Positions 25,679 through 37,009 of a stretch of 38,770 bases of DNA are shown here, one piece after another. The stretch is from Octopus bimaculoides. Taxonomy: Eukaryota. The DNA lies in contig NC_068987.1 in the NCBI RefSeq assembly GCF_001194135.2, positions 38,967,571 to 39,006,340 on the forward strand, read 5' to 3'. The position numbers and the translations under genes are program-made. How positions within the stretch are numbered: the stretch's first letter is position 1; each line of letters opens with the position of its first letter. Under the pieces are notes generated by a model. The model was given only the letters and a program-made list of their open reading frames with translations. It was not told where the DNA came from and did not search any database.

Positions 25679-26029
25679 CTGTAGCCGATTTAATTCTCTC
25701 AACACGGCCTCAAAGTTCAATTTCAATATAAATTAAAATTTCAAGAAATTGTTAGGGCCAACACTGTTCAATAAAAGCTAAGTCAGTGAAAATGCATTTA
25801 GTTTTTAAAAACTAGAAATACTAAAATAGAGTCAAATATGATACTGATATCATTTTCCCATTTGTCATCGAGAACCTAACCCTAACTCTTAACATGTGTC
25901 ACTGTTTGGAGATAATCATTGGGAAGACGGCAGAGAGAGAGCGGGGGCAGGCAGGCAGGCAGACAGGCAGACAGGCAGAGAAAATTGTTCAAGCTAAATA
26001 ATTATCATAATTAATATCTTTTCTTTTAT

Positions 26030-26520
26030 CCTTTACTTGGGGCACCGCCTTGAAGGGTTTTAGTCGAACAAATCGATCTCAGGACTTATTTTCTTTTATA
26101 AAAGCCTAGTACTTATTCTAACGGTCTCTTTTGCCGAACCACTTAAGTTACGGTGACGTAAACACACCAACGCCGGTTGTCGAGCAGTGGTNNNNNNNNN
26201 NTAAACTCATCCATGAAAATCCAGTCACATATAGAAAAAATTAATAAGTAAATAACTTAATTTAATTTTTGATAAATTGCATCTAATTGAGTTTTTACCT
26301 GTAAATTTGGATTTTTATCCCTAATATTATAATATATATATATATATATATATATGCCACGTGCTTCTTTCAGTTTCCGTCTACTAAATCTACTCACAAG
26401 GCTTTGGTCAGCCCAAGGATATAATAGAAGACACTTGCCCAAGGTACCACGCAATAGGACTGAACTGGGAACAATGTGATTGCGAAGCAAGCTTCTTACC
26501 ACACAACCACGCCTGCACCT
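26030..26520 (-). mobile_element. long tRNA-derived SINE with internal microsatellite/gap
   Basis: Reverse complement of the 27697-28125 family (head at 26345-26520, tail at 26030-26190). Confidence 0.85.
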
Positions 26521-27696
26521 ATTTAATAATACATCTTTTGTTAAATAAAAATATTATAAGAAATTTTAGATGCTACGTTAGAATAAGCAAGAATACTTTT
26601 CAAGGCCTTTCAATTGAAAGAAACTGACGTTCAATAATGTCTTCCAAATTTCTATTTTTATGCCTGCTAAACCATCCTCTTATGACGGCCAGTTGGTAAC
26701 ACAATACCGAATATGTGCAAGGGTGAAGCATAATCAATTGAATCGATAAACGTATTTAAACAACGTGTGTACGTGTGTGTGCGCGCGCGCAGTGGGTGGG
26801 TGTCGTCTGTTTTTTTAGTTATTCTGTTTTTGATTTTAATTGTCGCAGTTCAGAACATTTATAAATTTTCGACAGTATCATCAACCACTCGCTGTTCATT
26901 GCACTGCTTTGGCATTATCTAAAATTTAGATAAAATTTAGAATGGCAAGTGGTGTCAATGTTTGAAATAAAAGGTCGTCAAATATTTCAACAACTGCACG
27001 CATCCAATATCAAAATTCTTGAAAGAACAAATATTACTATGTGAAAGTATAAGAGAGGGAGAGAGAGAGTGAAAGGGGTGGAAAAATGAAAATAGACTGG
27101 TAAAGAAAATGGGTATTCAGATAGATAGACACGGAAAAACTGACAGCGAAATAAATTTTAAATGGTGGGGAAAAAGAACGGAAGAGGGAAAGTGTGGGAT
27201 AGAAAGAAGAGACGAGTTGGAGAACTGGTGAGAAATAGAGAAAACAGATAGAGAATGTCCGTGCGTAAAAGGGTGAAAAAAATGAAAGTAAAGCAAGACT
27301 AGAGGAGTAATGGTGCGAGTATAGGGAGAACTTAAACAGATTAAAATGAACAAAACAGAGAAATGGGTGATGAAGGATAGTAGGATAGGAGAAATGAGAT
27401 CAACAAATAGAGGAAGAAGAGGGAGGGGAGGGAGAGAAGTGAAACAAAGAGAGGAATAAAATTGTCCAGAAAGAAGGGGAGGTAAAAATGAATGATAGTG
27501 AGGAAGGTGAGAGAACAAAAGCAATGTATTTTATTGGAGAAATTTTTTGTCACAACGACCGTTGAATTCCAACATAATTGTTTTACAGCAGATTAATGAA
27601 GGAGCCTAACTGTTTCATAAAATGCATAATTAATGTGTAGTGTCGTATGAGGCAGGTTAACAGAAATAAATACACTAAATATATTTCCAAATATAA

Positions 27697-27878
27697 GCGC
27701 AGGAGTGGCTATGTGGTAAATAGCTTCCTTACCAACCACATGGTCTTGGGTTCAGTATCAATGCGTGGCACCTTGAGAAAGTGTCTTCTACTATAGCCTC
27801 GGGCCGACCAAAGCCTTGTGAGTGGATTTGGTAGATGAAAACTTAAAGCCCGTCGTGTTTGTTTGTGTGTGTGTCGTG

Positions 27879-27913
<35 letters not shown>

Positions 27914-28125
27914 TTGTGTTTGTGACTGTGTTTGTTATCTCCCCCACCATCACATGACAACCGATGTTGGTGTGTTTACGTCTCCCCGCAACGGTTCGGG
28001 AAAAGAGAACGATAGAATAAGTACTAAGCTTACAAAGAATAAGACCTGGAGTCGATTTGTTCGACTAAAGGCAGTGCTCCAGCATGGCTGCAGTCAAATA
28101 ACTGAAACAGATAAAAGAATAAAAA
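27697..28125 (+). mobile_element. full-length long tRNA-derived SINE with internal (TA)/(TG) microsatellite
   Basis: A/B-box-like head (TGGCTATGTGG, GGTTCAGT), CACCTTGAGAAAGTGTCTTCTACTATAGCC core, A-rich tail. Confidence 0.88.
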
Positions 28126-29139
28126 TATTTTTAGACAGTAAAGAAAAATAATAGTTCATTGGTGATAGGCAGAGAAATACTTATGTACTTATAGTGACAA
28201 TTTCTTTTTAAGAAGGGAAACATATGCATCATATCAAATTCTTAAGCTTATTGTAAAATCCTTTGCACCATCAATTTTATTCAAATTTTTTACACTGATG
28301 TATATTCTAGAGAAATTAATCATATAAAAGTTATAACATTAAAACTTGAAATTTTAGTCAATCAGAAGCTTCCATTGCTGAAATACCGGAATTCGAAATT
28401 TTCATGTGTGAGATAAGAATAGGAAAACATAAAAAACTTTGAAATATTTTTTTTTCTTTTGTATGTCTTAAATGAAAAACCTTAATGACAGAAAACGAAA
28501 ATCTAATGAAGATGAAAAGGTTTAATGAAATACAATTAAAATATTATATAACCTTTAAATATGACCTTTCAGTGTATACATAGATACGGGCGAACTTTAA
28601 CCTTAATGCTAACCCTTCATCTTTATTCTCTCCCACAAAATTGCGGAATTTTCTCTTGAAATGTTCGTTTTGTAAAAAAATAAAATAAAATAAAGCTTGT
28701 TGCACTCTTTCAAAGAACCTGGCTAAAAGCTAGAAACGAACAATAGGTAGTTATAGTTGTGATTATGACAAAAAACAGATGATAATGTTAATATCGTTTC
28801 CATATACACAGACAGTCGCAACTTCCGGTACGTCGGCAATGGAGGCTTCTGATGGCTAAAATTTCAAATTGTAAAGAAGTTACAAGACTTGTAACTTCTT
28901 TATTCACTTCTTCAGAAAATGAACGTAATTTTCATCATCAGCATATAAAACTACGTCAATGTAGAAAAGCTGAGACGTTTCTTGGGAAGGGTTTTATGAA
29001 GATCCAATTATTTTACGAACATTTTCTTAATTTGCTGTTCATTTTGCATGTCGTTAACAAATATAATTTTCGAACCCGTATTAATCAGATTTTGTTTTGT
29101 TTTATACATATAAAAGTATCAATTCCTCCTGCACCCCTG

Positions 29140-31040
29140 GTGCACTGGGTAGCAATTTGACACTTCGGGTTTCTGTTAGCTGCGGTTTTCTCTACATCTT
29201 CCCATGCAATATTCCTTTCTCTTGTCAGTTACGTAGTTTCTGCGCCATGTATTTTTGGCCTACCACCCTTTCTTTTTCTTTCTGGCGGTGTTCATTTGAA
29301 AGCTGTTTTAGAATGACGTTGTTCTGGTTACCGAAGAATATGACCCACTATTTTTAATCTTCGTTCCGAGATGATTTTGCTAAGTGGTCTTATGTTGGCT
29401 CTCTTTAGAACGCCTTCATTGGTTACATGTTCTTGACAGAGCGTTTTCAGAATCCTTCTCAAATATCTTTGACAATAAACATCAAGCTTTCTGTCTATTA
29501 GGTTGTCAAGAAAGTTCTTGCGGTTTTTAACCTTTAAATTCAGATGCACATATCTCGGCTCAAACAAAACTTTATTAATCGAAATAAACACCATCAGAAT
29601 CAACACACTTTTGCCAACGCGAAACAAGTTTATTTATGCCAGTAGCGTAAAAATCCTGCGTTTTGGTGGTGATGAAGTCGTTCAAGGCGTGTTGGGCATC
29701 GTCTTGGTTTTTGAAGCATTGCTCACGCAGGAAGTTGTTGAAATGCTTGAAAAAGTGGTAGTCGGTAGGCGAGAGGTCTGGTGAGTATGGCGGGTGAGGC
29801 AGAGTTTCGTAACCCAATTCGTTCAACTTCTGCAAGGTCAGTTGTGCGACGGGTGGCCAAGCGTTGTCGTGGAGAAGAATTGGTCCTTTTCTATTCACCA
29901 ATACAGGCTGTTATTNNNNNNNNNNNNNNNNNNNNNNNNNNNNNNNNNNNNNNNNNNNNNNNNNNNNNNNNNNNNNNNNNNNNNNNNNNNNNNNNNNNNN
30001 NNNNNNNNNNNNNNNNNNNNNNNNNNNNNNNNNNNNNNNNNNNNNNNNNNNNNNNNNNNNNNNNNNNNNNNNNNNNNNNNNNNNNNNNNNNNNNNNNNNN
30101 NNNNNNNNNNNNNNNNNNNNNNNNNNNNNNNNNNNNNNNNNNNNNNNNNNNNNNNNNNNNNNNNNNNNNNNNNNNNNNNNNNNNNNNNNNNNNNNNNNNN
30201 NNNNNNNNNNNNNNNNNNNNNNNNNNNNNNNNNNNNNNNNNNNNNNNNNNNNNNNNNNNNNNNNNNNNNNNNNNNNNNNNNNNNNNNNNNNNNNNNNNNN
30301 NNNNNNNNNNNNNNNNNNNNNNNNNNNNNNNNNNNNNNNNNNNNNNNNNNNNNNNNNNNNNNNNNNNNNNNNNNNNNNNNNNNNNNNNNNNNNNNNNNNN
30401 NNNNNNNNNNNNNNNNNNNNNNNNNNNNNNNNNNNNNNNNNNNNNNNNNNNNNNNNNNNNNNNNNNNNNNNNNNNNNNNNNNNNNNNNNNNNNNNNNNNN
30501 NNNNNNNNNNNNNNNNNNNNNNNNNNNNNNNNNNNNNNNNNNNNNNNNNNNNNNNNNNNNNNNNNNNNNNNNNNNNNNNNNNNNNNNATCCGATGGCCGA
30601 CCACTACGCTTATCATCTTCAAGACTCTCGTCACCGCTACGAAATTTCTTGAACCACCATTGTGCTGTACGTTCATTAGTGGTTCCTGGGCCAAACGCAT
30701 CGTTGATATCGCGAGCTGTTTCAGCAGCTTTTCGGCCTAGCTTGAACTGGAATAATAAAATTGTGCGAATTTGTTTTTTGTCCATGTTGTATTCAACGTT
30801 CCGGAAAAAATGGCCTAATTATTCAAAACACGATTAGATAGAGCGAAAAACGGGCTTTAAAATTATATATAAAGTCAAAGTAATTTAGCGAAAATTAATT
30901 TGAAAATACATCATTTAAAACCAAAATTTAAAATTCCGCAAGAACTTTCTTGACAACCTAATATTTTCATGTTGCTCTCCCATGTTTCATTAGCATAGAA
31001 AATTGTTGGTAGAACTATACTATTATAGAGCTGGACCTTT
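29140..31040 (-). mobile_element. RTE/RTEX-like LINE 3' fragment split by the mariner (29140-29497 + 30962-31040)
   Basis: Joining across the TA gives QLYNSIVLPTIFYANETWESNMKI-DRKLDVYCQRYLRRIL...RRLKIVGHILR. Confidence 0.8.
29498..30961 (-). mobile_element. mariner DD34D transposon (Hsmar1/cecropia-like), centre in N gap
   Basis: 26-bp TIR TTAGGTTGTCAAGAAAGTTCTTGCGG at both ends, TA TSD, MDKKQIRTILLFQFKLG..., and HDN..(34)..PYSPDLSPTD. Confidence 0.97.
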
Positions 31041-31043
31041 AAA

Positions 31044-32200
31044 CAGGGTACGTAAGATATTTGAGGACAGATTTATGTTTATAAATAAAGAAGATATATA
31101 ATAACAGATAATAACTTTAGTTATGAAAAGTGCTATGAGGATAAAAATAAACCTTCTTTTCTATAATGTTATTCAATAAAGCCACCTTCAGTTTCAACAA
31201 CTGCTACATGAGATCTAAATCATCTACATGCTCGAATCAAGTGGTCCCTGTTCGACTATAGCAGCTTTCAAAGAATTTTTGGTTTTATGGGTGTGTTCCT
31301 TGACCTCTCTCTCAACAACGCTCCACATGTAATGGTCCAGTGGATTTAGAAATGGGGAATTAGGAGGCCAAATGTTAGGGGTTATGTGATCATGAAAATT
31401 TTCAGCCATCCATTCCTGTGTTACTAGCACCATGTATGATAGTGCAGAGTCTTACTGAAACACATATGGCCTTCCATTGCATACACTGTCTATCCAGGAC
31501 CTTAATATAAGCGGTATAGTTAACTCTAAGGCCATGTAGAAAGAAGTAAGGAGGCATCACATGTCCTTCATTGCTGACAACCCCTAAAATTGCAGGAAAT
31601 TTTGTATGCATAACACTTGGAATTTCACAAGGGTCTGCACATAACCATCTGTCATTTCTTTTGTTAACTTTTTGATCTTCGTAGAAGTTTTTCTCGTTTG
31701 AAAAAAAACATGAAATCTTCTGCTTGATTTTTCAGTTTGTTCAAAAACCTTTTGGATCTGATGTAGTGATTTTGTTTTGCTTTTTCGGACAAATTGACCT
31801 TGGCTCATCATATAATACTTATATCTAATGTCTTTCTGACTGTTCTTTGTGATACATGGAGATCTATTGCAATTGACCACATGGACTTTCAGGGATTGTA
31901 ATCAATGGTCTGTTGAACTTGCTGGATAAATTCAAGTGTTCTGAACATTTCAGAGTGTTTAGAGTGCTTTTTATGCTTTGATACTGGTGATACGGTTCCA
32001 TCTTCAGTCTCTAGCTACTCACAAACTTTGTAGGAGAAAGATTTGGCAACTTCTAAAAATCAAGATATTTCTAAATCAGCCTTTATAACCGCAATAGCAG
32101 CATGCCTCTTCATTTGTTGAGTAAGCTGAGGGTCTGCCATTATTATTTTCTGAAACAAAAATTATACAGAGTTAGCAAAAGATGTGGTAATGACCCAAAA
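31044..32200 (-). mobile_element. maT (DD37D) Tc1/mariner transposon remnant, 5' TIR not seen
   Basis: Decayed ORF 32140->31169: MADPQLTQQMKRH, MHTKFPA, LGVVSNEGHVMPP, D-37aa-D spacing ending WPPNSPFLNPLD; CAGGGT terminus at 31044. Confidence 0.9.
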
Positions 32201-32209
32201 AAGTTAAGG

Positions 32210-33290
32210 GGTGGGGGTCTTATGTGCATTGGACTCAACATTTTTCTCTTTTTCCTTTTTCTTTTCCCTGTGGTCTCCGATTCTTTTTCTGTCTCTTCTT
32301 CCACCTCTAATGGTAACATTGTTTCGTCCTTTTCTACATGTTCTTCCTGGGGTTTTTCTTGGGATTCTTCTTCCTGTGGTTGTTCAGTCTCTCTGGTCGG
32401 TGGAGGGCAGTTCGCTCTAATGTGGCCAACCCTCATTATTGTGTCGTTCATCGTTATAGTTTCTGTTATGTTCTCTATAGTCTCGGCCGACTCCTGAATT
32501 ATCATATTTAGGGTCTGACCCTTCCAGTGAACACTTTTCGTTTTTGTGGCCTGGAGAACCGCCATCATTGCCAAATAGGACAGCGGCTTCTATCCAGGCC
32601 ACATCCATTTCTGGTGGAATCCCTTCTAGCCTAACCCTAGACGCTCTCCGTCCAAGGTAAGTGGGTAGAAGTATTGCTTCCTCGTTCCTTATTGTGGTTG
32701 CTGAATGTTTCGTTGCCGTTATTTCATTCTTAAACCGAACTTGCACCTCTCCATACTTCGCCCCTCTGGCAAGATACACTATCTCTTGCCAGATTGTCCT
32801 CAGTGCCTTCGCAATTTGTACAGTAGTCATGTTGTCTATTTTTCCCGCCGTCACCGAATGTGTTTTATACATTATTGTCCTTTCCCTTATATTGTTAACC
32901 GTTTCTTTCGGGGGCGGGGGACAATTCAACAATTCACAGCTTAATAAATTTCTATATTTACCGATTTTTTTTCAATTTCTAACCTCTTGCAACATCTGCA
33001 AAATTTCATTTCCTTATCTCCAACTGCCTAACCATTTCTTCGACTGTTCGTAGTAACTCTTTCTCCGGCGTAGACAATTCAGACCCACTAAGGTCTGAAT
33101 AAAATGAATTTTTCCTTGCAGCCATCGATAACTCTCCTCAAACGATGAGAGAAAGTACAAACAAATTGCTGCAAAACAGCACACACCGTTCAAAAAAGTA
33201 TTCAAACGAAAACACAAATTTTCAAAACTTCAGGACAAAAATTAAAACACGTCCTCACCTTATGAAAATACCTTTGGAAACCACGATGTT
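32210..33290 (-). mobile_element. ORF1-only unit A (Tx1/L1-ORF1-like, knuckle deleted, 3'-truncated)
   Basis: ATG at 33125 (MAARKNSFYSDL); RERTIMYKTHSV, LLPTYLGRRASRVRLEGIPPEMD; 5' UTR and ORF homologous to unit C. Confidence 0.8.
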
Positions 33291-35239
33291 GGATTTCTTA
33301 TTCATTTTTTTTTTTTTTTGCGACCACAAGGGTCAAACACAGAGGGGACAGCACAAGGACAGACAGAACACCACAGTGGGGACAAAAACATAAAACGAAT
33401 GAAAATTGAGAACATGTTATATAAAAATGAAAAATGAAATGGCTGCATGAGCTCCACTCTCATGCAGTACCATTTGAACGTTTTTACTCGTAGTTTATAA
33501 TCTTTTTTCCCTGTTTTTTCTCCATCAGCATCGTTTTTGTTCTCTCTTTTAAAAAAAAAAAACAATTTTACTTTTTCTTATTTTTTTAATATACTATGAA
33601 TGGTTCCAGTTCTCTTAACTCCACTACTGCAGCAGTTTGTCAAACTCCACCGCAAATCCCGGCGGATCAATGTTACACATTTCCTTCAACCTGTTGTATC
33701 TGTCTTTATCAATTACAATGGCTTTCACATTTTCTCCATACGTATCTGTAGGCAACTTAACCCTTATAACAGTTTTAAACTTCGTTATCATTCTTTCATT
33801 TGCTGTGCTCTTAGCATATGTAACGAAATTCCATCTGTACTTTCTCGGCCTTCTCTCTTGTTTGCCTTTCCCTTGCTCCACTCTTGGCGCCTTCTCTCTA
33901 TCTTTATCCTCCACCATTTTAGTTAGTGTCGCTGCTTCTTCATGTTGTTGTCTTTCTACATCACCTAAAACTTCCTCCTCTACTGGTTTCGCTAGTACTC
34001 TTGTTACAATCTCCTTTTTCTCGAGCTCCTCCTCGAACTCCGCCTCAACCTCCTTCTCAACTTCCTCCTCAATCTCCTTTTCGACCTCTTTCTCGACCTC
34101 TTTTTCAACCTTCTTCACGACCTACTTCTCAACCTCCTTATTTACTTCTTCTTTTTTCTGCCTCTCCGGCGAAGAGCTTAGTCTTTCTTTCCACTTTTTT
34201 TTTTACAATAATTTTTTCTTCTGTTATTGTCGTCTCTTTCTCCTTATCCTGTACCATTTCGTCCACCCACTCCTATTCCTCAAACTGTTCCTTTTGTCGT
34301 TCCTTCTCTTCTTTCTGGGGGCACCTTGCCTTCATGTGGCTTTTCTCACCACACAGGTAGCATATGGGAAGCCTACCCTCCACTACCACTCCCAGTCTCA
34401 CATCTTCGGGTAGAATTATCTCCTCCGCAATTTTGTTTAGGTCACTTAAACTTGCCTGGACAGCCATCTCTATTCCGTACCCCCATCAATTCAACCTTTT
34501 AGTTCTCGTTACTCTCAGTATTTTGGGGTTTTCCTCCATATTGAACAGTATCGCTGCAACCAACCAAGTTTCGTTTATTTCCGGTGGTACTTTTCCTACT
34601 CTCACTCTGGCAACACGCTTACCACAGTATGTTGTCAAAAGTACCCTCCCGTCATTATGGCTTTATGGCTCTTCCGTCTTTATGGCTTCAGTGAAGTGCT
34701 TCATCGATTCGTCTTCGGTTGCGAATCGCACCTCCACTGTACCATATTTCCTTCCTCATGTGATGAACATGATGAACTTCTTAACTTCTTTCAAACATAC
34801 TTCAATGCTTGCAATTTCAATTTTTGTCGAAGACACCTTTAGTGTTTTGTAAATTATCGTTCTTTTAGTCACACTATCTGTTAGATCTTCTGATGGCGTA
34901 AACTTTAAAATATTGCCTTCTCTTTTTAATAGTCCTTTGCACACTTTTATCTTCTTCGGTTCTATCTTCACCTCACGAACCTCCAATGCATCGACTCCTC
35001 TTCCAGTTACTGCCGCATAAGTGTGGGTTTCTGCTGGTCCAACTTTCATCCTTCTTCTCTTCTCAGACTCCCCCATAATTGGACAAAAACAATCACAATT
35101 TAACAAACTCGTAAATAACAACCGCAATTTCAACAAACAACAATCGTAGATTCATCCACATGGGGCGACCTTCAACAAAATATAATAATACCACTTACTT
35201 CCACGGAATCACAAGGATTTAACATGGGCACACGATGTT
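33291..35239 (-). mobile_element. ORF1-only unit B (Tx1/L1-ORF1-like, CCHC knuckle, EK-rich coil, poly-A tail)
   Basis: ATG 35076 to stop 33624 with stops and frameshifts; CYLCGEKSHMKARC at 34321-34362; A15 tail at 33305-33319. Confidence 0.8.
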
Positions 35240-36900
35240 AAAATTATTGCTTGTTTCTTTATTGACCACGTGGGGCCAATGAAGAGGGGACAATACAATA
35301 CATGTGGGGACACAAAACAAATGAAAAAAATAAAAACGTATGGTACAATGATAATGAAAATGAAATATGAAAGTGGCGCTACCTGCCCCACCAAGCAACA
35401 TCATCACTTACTTCCTTTTTTCTCTATATTCCATTATATCGAGTCCGTAGCCTTCTTTGAGTTCTTCATATTCTATGTTCTCTAGTAGTCTCTCCTTATC
35501 ATTCTCCACATTCCAAACCTCGTACTTTCCTTTGTATATTTTAATCTCATTTATCTGTTCTTCTGTTATTAGTATGCATGTATGGCACCCGCCAGTACTC
35601 ACCTCATCCTCCATCCCAACAAACACTATATTTTCGCATTCCATCACCTTTTTAACCAGTTCGTCTTCCGCTTCCTCGTACAACCAGTGGGAGGGGAAGT
35701 TTGTAGGTTCCTGTGTGTTAATGCTTTTCTCTTTTGCTTTTGTGTTGGAGGGAAATGGGAATGTTTGGTGTCTACAGGGAGAGGGTGGGACGAAGAGGGT
35801 ATGGGTGGACATCGGGTAATTGTGGGGCGGGGTTCTGTGAGTGTTGGACTTAATTTCGTCCTTTTTCTCCTTCCTCCTTTCCCTGTTGTTTCCCATTCTT
35901 TCTCCGCCTCTTCTTCTTCCACCTCTGCTGGTAACATTGTTTCTTCCCTTTGCTCTTCTTGTGGTTCCTCCTGGGCTTCCTCCTAGGTTTCTTCCTAAGT
36001 TGCTCTGTATCTTTGTTCGGTGGAGGGCATTTCACTCTAATGTGGCCCTTTAGTCCACATTTAAAGCAGTGAGGGATTCTGCCCTCCATCCTGACACTCA
36101 TTATTGTGTCGTTCACCGTTATGGTCTCCACCATGTCTTCTATCATCTCGTTCGACCCCTGAATAATCATATTCAGTGTCTGACGCTTCCAATTAACACT
36201 TTTTCTTTTTGTAGCCTGGAGCACCGCTATCTTATCTTCATTACCCATTAGGACAGCAGCTGTTATCCAGGTCACATCCATCTCCGGTGTAATTCATTTC
36301 ACCCCAACCCGAGACGCTCTCCGTCCCAAGTACGTGGGTAGAAGTACCGTTTCCTCATTTCCTATTGTGGTCGCTGCATGTTTTTTCGCTGCTGCTTTGT
36401 CCCTATACCGAACCTCCACTTCTCTGTACTTCGCCCTTCTGGTAAGATACACTATCTCTTGCTAGATTGGTCTCAGAGCCTTCTCCACTTGTTCAATCGC
36501 CATATTGTCCACTTTACCAGCCCTCACCGAATGTGTTTTGTATATCACTGTTCCTTCCCTCCTTCTACCAATGACCTCTTTCGGGGTAGGGTCACTTGAA
36601 CATTGAAGCCATCCCGGCTTAAAAGATTTTTACCTTTACCTATTTCAATCTCCACACTATCCTCCTAACCCCTTTCCTTGTTTCCAGTTGCTTGTCCATT
36701 TCCTTGACTGTTCTCAACAGCTCCTCCTCTGACGTAGAAAACTCAGACTCGCCAAGGTCTGAATAAAATAAATTCCTTCTCTCAGCCATCACCAACTCTT
36801 GATTAGAGAAAGTACGAACAAACTGCTGAAAAGCTGCACACAACAATCAAAATTCACCAAAGCAATTCAACAGACAGAAAAACGACGTCCTATGATGTTA
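35240..36900 (-). mobile_element. ORF1-only unit C (Tx1/L1-ORF1-like, CCHC knuckle, acidic linker, AATAAA A-rich tail)
   Basis: ATG 36789 to stop 35408 with lesions; GRIPHCFKCGLKGHIRVKC (knuckle 36027-36068); 3' UTR homologous to that of unit B. Confidence 0.8.
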
Positions 36901-37009
36901 CAATTATTACTGCAGGCTAAAGTGCATTATGACGCTATATATAATATAATATTTTAGAAGAGTCCATAATATAAAGGATGGCTAGATTAGAATCCTATAG
37001 CTTAATTAA

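Noticed and set aside
28811-28826. 16-nt micro-exon candidate (CACAG|...|GTACGT); also an acceptor at 26848
   Set aside because: Too short to distinguish from chance without RNA data.
32210-36900. Functional host zinc-knuckle gene cluster or retroviral gag
   Set aside because: All copies have stops or frameshifts; there are no introns, LTRs, PBS or pol; they have LINE-like tails and a dispersed fourth relative.
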